A stretch of DNA of 37,937 bases from a virus (taxonomy: Duplodnaviria; Caudoviricetes), in IMG/VR virus record IMGVR_UViG_3300024232_000038, positions 1-37,937 of that record; one strand, written 5' to 3'. The notes below the pieces were generated by a model that saw only the letters and a program-made list of their open reading frames with translations, was not told where the DNA came from and did no database searches. The position numbers and the translations under genes are program-made. Below, in pieces: positions 7,764 through 15,526 of this stretch; within the stretch, counting starts at the first letter, position 1; the number at the start of each line of letters is the position of its first letter.

Positions 7764-7942
7764 TGGAAGTCAAGCTGACGCTCATGCACATCGAGTTGAT
7801 GCTGGCGCTCGTCCACTGGCTGCTCGCTGACGAGAACCACGGACTCGACCAGGAGCAGGAGGACGCCTACAAGCAGCTGGGCGCATTCTTCGCTCTCGTG
7901 TCCGTCAACCCAGGACAGTTCGCCCCCAAGGAAGGGGAGTGA
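7763..7942 (+). CDS. 59-aa hypothetical protein between the two polymerase halves
   Basis: GTG overlaps the polA-N TAG (TAGTG); TGA overlaps the polA-C GTG (GTGA); GC3-rich codons like neighbouring genes. Confidence 0.65.
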   Translation: MEVKLTLMHIELMLALVHWLLADENHGLDQEQEDAYKQLGAFFALVSVNPGQFAPKEGE

Positions 7943-8724
7943 ATGCGCAAAACATCCCGCGCGACGACAAGGTGGTCAAGCGTGCGTTCGTGCCGAAGCT
8001 CGGCATGCTGCACTTCTTCGACTACAGCCAGATCGAGCCGCGACTCGCGGCGTACTTCGCCGCCAAGATCGGCTACCCCGAGTTGGCTGATGCCTTGCGC
8101 GGGGGAGAGGATGTCTACACATCCATCGCCCGCCTAGCAACGGGCAAGACGGAAATCACCCCCGAGGAACGGCAGGTATGGAAGCGTGTGTTCCTGGCGA
8201 TCCTCTACGGGGCGGGGGTACGCCGCGTCCGTGAGACGTGGGTGGAGGAAACCAAGACGGAAATCAGCGAGGCCCAGGCGAGGAAAATCTACAAGCAGTT
8301 CCACGCGAACTGGCCCGCCGTCCGTGACCTACAGGATTCCGTCATCCACATCGCGCAGACGCGGGGGTACATCCGTGCCCTCGATGGGCGGCACCTGCAC
8401 CCCGAGGAATACGGGGAGCACAAGCTGCTCAACAAGCTGATCCAGGGAAGCGCGGCGGGGATCATGAAGCAGGCGGTGCTGCTCGTCTACCGCCACATCA
8501 ACGGTGACCCCGACATGCAGACCCACATGGTCAGCGTGATCCACGACGAACTGATCCTCGACGGCCCGCTGCACGAAGCATCGTGGGTCCACGAGGAAGT
8601 TCCCCCACTCATGGCACAGGCGGCGCCAGAGGACGTGCGATCCATCGTGCCGATCCTGGTGGACCACGAAGTGTCCACGACCAACTGGTCAGAGAAGGAG
8701 GAATATGCCGAAGATCAAGGATAG
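7939..8724 (+). CDS. polA: DNA polymerase A, C-terminal subunit (palm + fingers)
   Basis: NAQNIPR, motif A DYSQIEPR, motif B RQVWKRVFLAILYGAG, NKLIQGSAA, motif C IHDEL; purine-rich SD AAGGAAGG. Confidence 0.92.
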   Translation: MNAQNIPRDDKVVKRAFVPKLGMLHFFDYSQIEPRLAAYFAAKIGYPELADALRGGEDVYTSIARLATGKTEITPEERQVWKRVFLAILYGAGVRRVRETWVEETKTEISEAQARKIYKQFHANWPAVRDLQDSVIHIAQTRGYIRALDGRHLHPEEYGEHKLLNKLIQGSAAGIMKQAVLLVYRHINGDPDMQTHMVSVIHDELILDGPLHEASWVHEEVPPLMAQAAPEDVRSIVPILVDHEVSTTNWSEKEEYAEDQG

Positions 8725-9040
8725 CGGCAAGCGGATGGAGTTCGACTCGGGCATGGTGCGCGACGTCACCGAGGGGAAGATCGACTTCACCCTCATCATG
8801 GACGGTCCCATGTTCAACCGCTGGGCCGAGCATCTGACGGCGGGGGCACAGAAGTACGCCGCCCGCAACTGGATGCAGGCGCAGGGGCAGGCCGAACTCG
8901 ACCGCTTCAAGGAGTCCGCCCTGCGGCACATGATCCAGTGGTTCCGTGGCGACACGGACGAGGACCATGCCGCCGCCGTGTACTTCAACCTGAACGGGGC
9001 GGAGTACGTGAAGGAGCGTATGGCCAATGCCGAGGGATAA
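8705..9040 (+). CDS. dATP/dGTP diphosphohydrolase-like protein (DUF5664 type)
   Basis: FDSGMVRD..EGK.DF.L, GAQKYAARNW, SALRH..QW..GDTDEDH.AA..FN. Confidence 0.8.
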   Translation: MPKIKDSGKRMEFDSGMVRDVTEGKIDFTLIMDGPMFNRWAEHLTAGAQKYAARNWMQAQGQAELDRFKESALRHMIQWFRGDTDEDHAAAVYFNLNGAEYVKERMANAEG

Positions 9041-9497
9041 GGTAGCGGCCAGCGCACGCGCGCAACACACAGCGGTCATTGATTGGGATGGTACAGCGGT
9101 TCCCGCTGCCTGGCCCGATCAGCCGCAGGAGTTCATGCCAGGATTCCTGGAGGCTGTGTACAAGCTGCACGAGGCGGGCTTGCACACGCTGATCGCATCG
9201 GCTCGCCTAAGCCCCCTTGAGCCGGGGTCCTTGAAGGAGCGCGACCCCGCGCTGGTTTGGGCCGAGTTGCAGTACATCCGCAGCATGCTCGACGACCACG
9301 GACTCCGGGAAACGAACATCTGGACGCTACCGGGCAAGCCCACCGGGTTTGTGTACGTGGACGACCGGGCCGAGCGGTACCACGGCAGGCCGGGTAGCTG
9401 GAAGGCGATGACGGAGAAGATCCTCCTACGTGCAGCACAGGAGGACCCCCTGTTCCCGGCTGTCACGAGAGAGCAAACGGATGAACTCGATAGCTAA
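9027..9497 (+). CDS. HAD-superfamily phosphatase
   Basis: Motif I VIDWDGT, motif II SAR, motifs III/IV GKP..VYVDDRA. Confidence 0.8.
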   Translation: MPRDKVAASARAQHTAVIDWDGTAVPAAWPDQPQEFMPGFLEAVYKLHEAGLHTLIASARLSPLEPGSLKERDPALVWAELQYIRSMLDDHGLRETNIWTLPGKPTGFVYVDDRAERYHGRPGSWKAMTEKILLRAAQEDPLFPAVTREQTDELDS

Positions 9498-9660
9498 GTG
9501 CCTCTGTCGCAAGGGCGCATGGTGGCCCTGGTGTCCTCGGCATGGAAAGGAGGACCATGAGCGTAAGCCCCGAAGTGGCTCGGTGGATGCTGGATCAACG
9601 TGGCATCACCGCCGCCACACTGGATTCATGGGGCGTGGAAAGCGCAGGAGACACAGCTGA
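9481..9660 (+). CDS. Possible small Cys/His protein (CLC-x8-CPRH)
   Basis: ATG at 9481 gives MNSIAKCLCRKGAWWPWCPRHG...; fills the gap but overlaps the primase start by about 100 nt; weak SD. Confidence 0.35.
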   Translation: MNSIAKCLCRKGAWWPWCPRHGKEDHERKPRSGSVDAGSTWHHRRHTGFMGRGKRRRHS

Positions 9661-10918
9661 CTTCGTGTATCCATACCCCGGCGGGGCGAAGAAGTTCCGC
9701 AAGGGGTTCGAGAAGATCCTCGATGATCCCGAGAGCAGGCGTACCTGGTGGGACCCCGTGCCCAGCACGGGCCAGGTGCCATTCCTGGGTCCCGACTTCG
9801 CTACCGGCCAGACCATGTTCATCGTGGAGGGTGAGTCAGACGCCATGGCGCTCTGGCAGAACGCCCCTCCCGAGGCGCGGCCCGGTATCGTCAGCCTCTC
9901 GGGGCTGAACTCGTGGAAGTCGCAGTACGCGGACGAGTACTTCGCGGACGCGAAACGGGTGTTCGTGCTTCTGGACCACGACGACCCATACGACAACCCG
10001 AGCGCAGCGGATCAGAACGAGAAAGCCTGGCGGAAGATCAAGCACGACCTGGGCCGCAAGGCCCGCAAGGTCGCGTGGCCGCCGGGCATCAAGGACGTAG
10101 CCGAGTTCTTCATGACGTACGATTGGGCGGCGATGACCGTCCTCCTGAAGAAAGCGGCCAAGCCCGTCAGGTACTACCCGAGGCTGAACCTAGCCAAACC
10201 AGCCGAGCCTACCGATTGGCTGTGGGAAGGGTTCTTGGTACGTGGGGAAATCGTAGTCGTAGCGGGCTACCCCGGCGTGGGCAAGAGCATGCTTACCATG
10301 GGCCTGGCGGTGGCGATGGCCCGGGGGCAAGACGAATTCCTCGGGATGAAGTTGAAGTCAAGCGAGGGGGGCGTCCTGTACGTGGACGAGGAAAACCCCA
10401 GCAACCTCGTGCTCCAGCGCCTCCAGGCGCTAGGTCTAGGCCCCGAGCATGCTGATGGGATCGACTACATCAGCCAGGCTGGGGTGGCCCTGGACTTGGA
10501 ACCGGAGAAACTGCTGGACGAGGCGCTGGACTCCGAACCCGCCCTCATCATCCTCGACAGCCAGGCGGCAGTCACGCCCGGCACGAAGGAGAACGACAGC
10601 GATGAGATGGCAGCCTTCTTCATACAGAGTCTCAAGCCACTCGCTCGTGACACGAATGCGGCACTCGTCGTGCTGCATCACACGCCCCACGACGACAAGG
10701 GGCGGCCTCGTGGATCGGTGGCCATCATGGGACAGGCCGACCAGGTTCTCGGACTTGGTGCGGCAACTGATCGAAGAAAGCAGCCTACTGGTCGCATCAA
10801 TCTATTCCCCATCAAGCGTCGGCGGGAGTTGGCGCATGTCACCTTTGAAATCACGGGACAGATGGAGGATGGTGAACCGCTGGCCTTTGTGCTAGCCGAC
10901 AGTGAGGAACCGTACTGA
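9557..10918 (+). CDS. Primase-helicase (TOPRIM + RecA-like/AAA_25 helicase)
   Basis: TOPRIM IVEGESDAMA and LLDHDD; Walker A GYPGVGKS, VLYVDEEN, LIILDS, VVLHH, PRGS. Start placed at ATG 9557 after AAAGGAGG. Confidence 0.88.
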   Translation: MSVSPEVARWMLDQRGITAATLDSWGVESAGDTADFVYPYPGGAKKFRKGFEKILDDPESRRTWWDPVPSTGQVPFLGPDFATGQTMFIVEGESDAMALWQNAPPEARPGIVSLSGLNSWKSQYADEYFADAKRVFVLLDHDDPYDNPSAADQNEKAWRKIKHDLGRKARKVAWPPGIKDVAEFFMTYDWAAMTVLLKKAAKPVRYYPRLNLAKPAEPTDWLWEGFLVRGEIVVVAGYPGVGKSMLTMGLAVAMARGQDEFLGMKLKSSEGGVLYVDEENPSNLVLQRLQALGLGPEHADGIDYISQAGVALDLEPEKLLDEALDSEPALIILDSQAAVTPGTKENDSDEMAAFFIQSLKPLARDTNAALVVLHHTPHDDKGRPRGSVAIMGQADQVLGLGAATDRRKQPTGRINLFPIKRRRELAHVTFEITGQMEDGEPLAFVLADSEEPY

Positions 10919-11265
10919 TGGCCACGAACTACCAACGAGGGCGCGCCTTCGAGTACCGCACGCGGAACGCCTGCACCAAGCTAGGCGCGGTGTACGTCAT
11001 GCGGGCGGCTCAGTCCAAGGGGCTTGCTGACTTGGCGGCGTTCTGGCCCCACGCAGAACCATGGCTGATCCAGTGTAAGCTGGACGGCCGCTTCACCAAG
11101 AAAGAGAGAGCCGGAATGCTGGACCTCTACAGGATGTGCGACGCCTGTATTCCAGTGTTCGCAGCCCCAGGCCCGAAGGGTCGTGGGGTCGTATTCACCC
11201 ACGCCATCACCGGAGAGGTGTTGACGAGTGGAGATGTTGTGCATTGGCCCCGGGCCGGGGCCTAA
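10918..11265 (+). CDS. Holliday junction resolvase (Hjc-like PD-(D/E)XK)
   Basis: NYQRGRAFE, VMRAAQSKGLADLAA and LIQCK. Confidence 0.8.
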   Translation: MATNYQRGRAFEYRTRNACTKLGAVYVMRAAQSKGLADLAAFWPHAEPWLIQCKLDGRFTKKERAGMLDLYRMCDACIPVFAAPGPKGRGVVFTHAITGEVLTSGDVVHWPRAGA

Positions 11266-11338
11266 GAACGTACTGGTTCGTCTCGACGACGGGACGAAGC
11301 TAGTGCTGACTTATCGAGAGTTCAAACGAAGGAGTCGA

Positions 11339-11716
11339 ATGTCTGACAATGCCAAGCAGTACCGTGTCGTCACCGGGATCGCACAGTGGGACCCCCGCGA
11401 AGGGGAGGCCGCTGGCAAGAAGGTCCGCAACGTCACCATCCGTCAGGTTGGTGTCAAGGACCAGTCCATCCTCGTGAGCCTCACGCTCTGGCCCTCGCAT
11501 GCGGGGACCGAGGTAAAGCAGGGCGACGTCCTGATTGCCGAAGGCGTGTTCACACGGAGCACCGCAGAGGACCAGAGCGGTAACACCCGCACGTACAACA
11601 ACCTCTCAGTGTCCCGACTGTTGAAGCTCGGCTCGGCCGACGCGGGCGTGCGTGATGACAAGCCCGAATCGGATGAGCCGGATGAGACAGACGAGGACGA
11701 CGACATCCCGTATTAA
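11339..11716 (+). CDS. ssb: Single-stranded DNA-binding protein (OB fold, acidic tail)
   Basis: OB-like pattern (VSLTLW, KQGDVLIAEG) and tail DEPDETDEDDDIPY; ATG 11339 follows AAGGAG. Confidence 0.75.
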   Translation: MSDNAKQYRVVTGIAQWDPREGEAAGKKVRNVTIRQVGVKDQSILVSLTLWPSHAGTEVKQGDVLIAEGVFTRSTAEDQSGNTRTYNNLSVSRLLKLGSADAGVRDDKPESDEPDETDEDDDIPY

Positions 11717-11936
11717 GTCGCATCTGCCTCTCGTGGAGGAATGCGCTTCCGTCATTGCGGCGGAGGCGCGTTCCCACCACTACGGCGCCGAATGGGACGA
11801 TCTTCGACAGGAGGGAATGATCGCCGTCTGGCAGAGCGACAAGGAAGGGGACGACCTAGAGGGACACATCCTCAAGTGCATGGCCGAGTATGTGTCCTGG
11901 CTCGGTAAGCAGCGCGGTGCCGCGCGTGGGAGCTAA
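11682..11936 (+). CDS. Stand-alone sigma-70 region-2-like protein (start uncertain)
   Basis: SHLPLVEECAS...WDDLRQEGMIAVW resembles sigma region 2.1-2.2. Candidate starts 11652/11673/11682 lie inside the SSB tail. Confidence 0.55.
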   Translation: MRQTRTTTSRIKSHLPLVEECASVIAAEARSHHYGAEWDDLRQEGMIAVWQSDKEGDDLEGHILKCMAEYVSWLGKQRGAARGS

Positions 11937-12228
11937 CTACACGCAGGCTGAGGTAGCCCGGATGGTGGCCTACTACCCGGAGCTAGCCGCCACCGCCGAC
12001 ACCACCCGCGGGGGGCTGAGGTTCCTCGTGTGGGCGGCGGACTTGGAGGCAGCGATGGAGAAGCTAGACCTGTTCGGGTGGAAGGTGATCCTGCTTCACG
12101 GCCTGCTCGGTATCCCGCAACGCATCGTGGCTGAGTTGCTAGCGACGAGTCAACGCTCGGTGGGTCGGCGGTACACGGACGCCATCGAGGACATCACATT
12201 CTTCATCAACGGAGGTACAGATGATTAG
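11926..12228 (+). CDS. Sigma-70 region-4-like HTH protein
   Basis: ADLEAAMEKL...VILLHGLLGIPQRIVAELLATSQRSVGRR...AIEDI; start GTG 11917 or 11926. Confidence 0.7.
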   Translation: MGANYTQAEVARMVAYYPELAATADTTRGGLRFLVWAADLEAAMEKLDLFGWKVILLHGLLGIPQRIVAELLATSQRSVGRRYTDAIEDITFFINGGTDD

Positions 12229-12523
12229 CGTCAACTACTTCACGCTCAAGGGCCTGGAGGACAAGCTGAACGAGATTGACCAGGAGGATCAGACGTCGCA
12301 GTACACGTCCATCCTCTCGCTTGTCATCCTCCCCGCGACGGGTGACAACGACCCCACGGCTGTGGTGGTCACCAAGACCGAACTCGTCCCCGAGTACGTC
12401 AAGGAGGCGCTCGCCGCGCAGGCTGCTGCGGACGCCGAGGCTGACGACACGGACGTGGACGAGTCCAAGGCTCCTGAGTTCTTCGCAGCCCCCGAGGCTG
12501 CGGAGGCTGATGAGTCAGTCTAA
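12221..12523 (+). CDS. Acidic hypothetical protein
   Basis: GGAGGT SD; D/E/A-rich C-terminus. Confidence 0.7.
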   Translation: MISVNYFTLKGLEDKLNEIDQEDQTSQYTSILSLVILPATGDNDPTAVVVTKTELVPEYVKEALAAQAAADAEADDTDVDESKAPEFFAAPEAAEADESV

Positions 12524-13391
12524 GCACACACCCGAACGGTACCAGGAGCTACGGAAGCGGGGCCTGAACAACGTGCAGATCGCTCAGGCCCTCGGAGTAT
12601 CCGAAGCATCGGTAAGACGGGGCTTGGCGAAGGTGCAGGAGACGGACGAGTTCCGCATCCTGATCGTGGACATTGAGACACGGCCTTCCCTCGCCTACAT
12701 CTGGCGCGTCTGGCAGGAGAACATCGGGGTCGATCAGCTGATCGAGGCCACGGACATGATTTCGTGGGCCGCGAAGTGGGTCGGCCGCGACGGTGTGAAG
12801 TTCTCCTCAGTGTACCACGATGGAAAGAAGAAGATGGTGCAGAACATCTGGAAGCTGATGGACGAGGCTGACGCTGTGCTGCACTTCAACGGGCGGAAGT
12901 TCGACATTCCCCACTTGCAGCGCGAGTTCTTGCAGGCGGGGCTGACGCCGCCCAGCCCGTACCGGCAGATCGACCTGATCGACACGGTGCGCAAGCAATT
13001 CCGCTTCACGTCCAACCGTCTAGCGCACGTCTCCAAGGAACTTGGCCTCGAAGGGAAAGTCGAGCACGAGGGCTTCCCGCTGTGGGTCAAGTGCATGAAC
13101 GGAGACGATGACGCCTGGACGCGGATGCGGGAGTACAACATCCAGGACGTCCTCCTGCTAGAGGACCTCTACAAGATGATGTTGCCGTGGATCGCCAGCC
13201 ACCCGAGCATCGCTGCTTGGTCGGCTGATGACGTCTGCCCTAAGTGCGGGAGTGGGGATCGCCAGAAGCGCGGGTTCGCCTTCACGCAGTCCGGCAAGTT
13301 CCAGAAGTTCTGCTGCAACGCTTGCGGCAGCTGGAGCCGGAGTAACAAGCGTGTCGGTGGGACCACCGTGGTCCAAGTACCGAACAGCTGA
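12510..13391 (+). CDS. HTH + RNase H-like (DnaQ-type) exonuclease + Zn ribbon
   Basis: ATG 12510 after GGAGG; HTH GLNNVQIAQALGVSEASVRR; DIET, HFNGRKFDIP, YNIQDV; CPKCG..CNACG. Confidence 0.85.
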   Translation: MSQSKHTPERYQELRKRGLNNVQIAQALGVSEASVRRGLAKVQETDEFRILIVDIETRPSLAYIWRVWQENIGVDQLIEATDMISWAAKWVGRDGVKFSSVYHDGKKKMVQNIWKLMDEADAVLHFNGRKFDIPHLQREFLQAGLTPPSPYRQIDLIDTVRKQFRFTSNRLAHVSKELGLEGKVEHEGFPLWVKCMNGDDDAWTRMREYNIQDVLLLEDLYKMMLPWIASHPSIAAWSADDVCPKCGSGDRQKRGFAFTQSGKFQKFCCNACGSWSRSNKRVGGTTVVQVPNS

Positions 13392-13600
13392 TGGACGAGT
13401 CACACCTCACCGAAGCCGAGAAGAAGCGGGGCTGGGTGGCGTACTGCTGCCCAGCCCACGGGTTCCTGGTAGCTGGCCCGGCCACCTTCACCGTGATATG
13501 CGGCGTGTACAAGTGTCGCAAACTCGCGGAAGGTTGGAGGGGCGCGCACAAGGTCAAAACGGGCCGCATGGTTAAGCGGAAAACGTGGACCGGGCGTTGA
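13391..13600 (+). CDS. Small Cys/His-rich hypothetical protein
   Basis: TGATG coupling; CCPAHG..C....C. Confidence 0.6.
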   Translation: MDESHLTEAEKKRGWVAYCCPAHGFLVAGPATFTVICGVYKCRKLAEGWRGAHKVKTGRMVKRKTWTGR

Positions 13601-13661
13601 TAGGAGGCCCGCTACCGATAGAAAGTGCCGAACATGACCGATTACCCTCGGAAGGGGGCAA

Positions 13662-14318
13662 ATGACTACCACAGACGAACTGAGAGACATGCGCGCGGCC
13701 CTGCTTGCTGAGCAGATCCGCTACGAGAAGTCCCGCGCGAACATCGCGGAGATGGAGGAAGCCGCCCGGTTTGACCAGGAGCGTGACCGCTTGGTCAAGC
13801 CCGGCCGTGAGCGCATCCTCCCGATCCTCGACGTCATCGTGCCGGACACGGCATCGGACTACATCAACGCGCTCACCCATTGGGAGAGGCGCGACCCCGG
13901 TGAGCCGATCACCGTGTTCATCAACAGTCCCGGCGGCTCCGTCATGGATGGCTTCGCCATCTACGACACGCTCGCCCGGATGAGAAGGAAGGGGCACCAT
14001 GTCATCACACATGGCAGCGGTATGGTGGCTTCGATGGCTGCTGTACTGCTCCAGGCTGGAGATGTACGGGTGCTGGACGCGAGAGCCAAGCTGCTGATCC
14101 ACGAGGGCAGCACCCACTTCGGTGACACGCGGATGTCTCCCGGCGAGATGGAGGACTACCGCACGCTGAACGAGATGCTGTCCGAGGACATTCTCACCGT
14201 CCTCACCGAGCGCAGCACCATGTCCGCCGCGGACCTGAAGCGCAAGTGGAAGCGGAAGGACTGGTACATGGGGGCGCAGGAAGCCCTCAAGCTGGGATTC
14301 GTAGACGTCGTTGAGTAA
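13662..14318 (+). CDS. clpP: ClpP-family serine protease with N-terminal helical extension
   Basis: ITVFINSPGGSV..GFAIYD, ASMAAVLLQAG (Ser), LLIHE (His), KDWYM.AQEALKLGFVD (Asp). Confidence 0.9.
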   Translation: MTTTDELRDMRAALLAEQIRYEKSRANIAEMEEAARFDQERDRLVKPGRERILPILDVIVPDTASDYINALTHWERRDPGEPITVFINSPGGSVMDGFAIYDTLARMRRKGHHVITHGSGMVASMAAVLLQAGDVRVLDARAKLLIHEGSTHFGDTRMSPGEMEDYRTLNEMLSEDILTVLTERSTMSAADLKRKWKRKDWYMGAQEALKLGFVDVVE

Positions 14319-14478
14319 GTTCAACGGCGTGCAAGTGAACGGGGAGCGGCTCGACGGCTTCCACATCGTAACGCCGCCTGTGCGTGCAAGACAGCCGCGG
14401 CCTAGGGTGGGACGCCGCCGTGAACGGCCGCTCACCATGAAGGAGAAGTTGCGGTTGATCGAAGTGTACGACTTCTAG
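14311..14478 (+). CDS. 55-aa Arg-rich hypothetical protein (MSKFNGVQVNGERLDGFH...IEVYDF)
   Basis: Read by hand. TTG start overlapping the clpP end; open to a TAG just before the terminator. Confidence 0.5.
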   Translation: MSKFNGVQVNGERLDGFHIVTPPVRARQPRPRVGRRRERPLTMKEKLRLIEVYDF

Positions 14479-14480
14479 GC

Positions 14481-14533
14481 AAAAAGAAATTGGCCCCAGG
14501 CCATCCCTTATGGGGGTGACCTGGGGCCTTTTT
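14481..14533. terminator. Bidirectional intrinsic terminator between the convergent arms
   Basis: A-tract AAAAAGAAA, stem GGCCCCAGG (14492-14500) / CCTGGGGCC (14520-14528) with an inner imperfect stem, then TTTTT. Confidence 0.88.
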
Positions 14534-14540
14534 CTCGTTC

Positions 14541-14636
14541 CTAGAACGACGCGGTATTAGATACCAGCGCGTACGTCATCTCCGCCAGAATGGCACAGAG
14601 GACGAGGAACGCTGCTACGCTAAGGTCGATGCGCAA
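14541..14636 (-). CDS. 31-aa transmembrane peptide at the end of the lysis cassette (MRIDLSVAAFLVLCAILAEMTYALVSNTASF)
   Basis: Read by hand. GGGAGGT SD, TTG start, hydrophobic core. Confidence 0.5.
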   Translation of the reverse strand: MRIDLSVAAFLVLCAILAEMTYALVSNTASF

Positions 14637-14652
14637 TGGCACCTCCCTTCTG

Positions 14653-14847
14653 TTACTTCGGCTGGACCTTGGCGATCCAGGGCGCGAAGTAACCCGCTAC
14701 GCCGGACACGATGACGGTGACCGCGGAGGCTACCTCCGGGGGCACGGTCACGAAGTGGCCGACCACATACACGACGCACACCGACAGCGACCCGGCGATC
14801 CCGCCAGCCGCTACCTTCGGGTGCAGCACGAGAGCATTTGACTTCAT
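14653..14847 (-). CDS. Holin (two TM segments)
   Basis: PKVAAGGIAGSLSVCVVYVV..VPPEVASAVTVIVSGVAGY; ATGA overlap with the amidase stop. Confidence 0.8.
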   Translation of the reverse strand: MKSNALVLHPKVAAGGIAGSLSVCVVYVVGHFVTVPPEVASAVTVIVSGVAGYFAPWIAKVQPK

Positions 14848-15518
14848 CCGCTCACCTTTCGTTTCGCTAGGAACGCCAGGCGCCGGACCCAATACGTCGG
14901 GGGCACGGTGGCCTTCCATGTCTTAGGCCGGATGGACTTGTCGAACGGGGGGTGGCCCTTGGCCCAGCCCTCGCCCAGCGTCCACTCCAGCCACTCGTAG
15001 TACGGGGGCGTGATGAGCGCCCCGCCCTTGATCGCGGCGAGGTACTTCGGCCAGCCCGTCCCTGGGGGAACGGTGTCCGAGTGGTCGTTGCCGTCAATGT
15101 GCGCTAGGTCCGCGTGCCCGTACAAGCCAGCCCATGCGGGGCCGGGTGCGCTCGACACTGGATCAGTGTGGCGCACCGGGATGTCGTACTTCGCGCACAG
15201 CCACCGAGCGAGCTTCACGGAGGCAGCGAACTGCGCAGCAGTCCACGGCTCCCCGCTCGACTCATGCTCGATCCCTAGGCAGTAGTGGTTCGCCGTGTGA
15301 AAGGCGTGCCACGCCTGCGAATTGACGTTGACGAACTGGTATACCTCGCCAGCCTTCGTGACGTAGAAATGCACGTCCACCTCGGGGCCGTTCAGCGCCG
15401 CTAGGTCGCCGGGCTTGTGGCCCGCCGTCCAGTGGATCACGATGCCCCACGTGGCGGCACGCATCGGGTGCTCGATCGAACTCGGGTACCAGATGGCGTC
15501 CGGGTATTGTGCGCTCAT
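14844..15518 (-). CDS. Endolysin, N-acetylmuramoyl-L-alanine amidase (Amidase_2) with Trp-rich C-terminal domain
   Basis: IVIHWTAG, VHFYV..GEVYQFV, AWHA, N..LGIEHE, GHAD..HSD. Confidence 0.9.
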   Translation of the reverse strand: MSAQYPDAIWYPSSIEHPMRAATWGIVIHWTAGHKPGDLAALNGPEVDVHFYVTKAGEVYQFVNVNSQAWHAFHTANHYCLGIEHESSGEPWTAAQFAASVKLARWLCAKYDIPVRHTDPVSSAPGPAWAGLYGHADLAHIDGNDHSDTVPPGTGWPKYLAAIKGGALITPPYYEWLEWTLGEGWAKGHPPFDKSIRPKTWKATVPPTYWVRRLAFLAKRKVSG

Positions 15519-15526
15519 GTCACCTC

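Noticed and set aside
7764-7938. Group I intron or split intein in polA
   Set aside because: Gap is only 175 nt and fully occupied by a coupled ORF; no intron core elements or intein terminal residues were recognised. Not formally excluded without RT-PCR.
8705-9040. Calling this a Z-genome (2-aminoadenine) phage
   Set aside because: No purZ in the window; the diphosphohydrolase family alone is not diagnostic.
12276-12509. N-terminal extension of the exonuclease in the ORF track (likewise 2832-3074, 11228-11338, 16356-16544, 35968-36324)
   Set aside because: Most overlap other genes or control regions, and the downstream starts have SD sequences or stop-start coupling.
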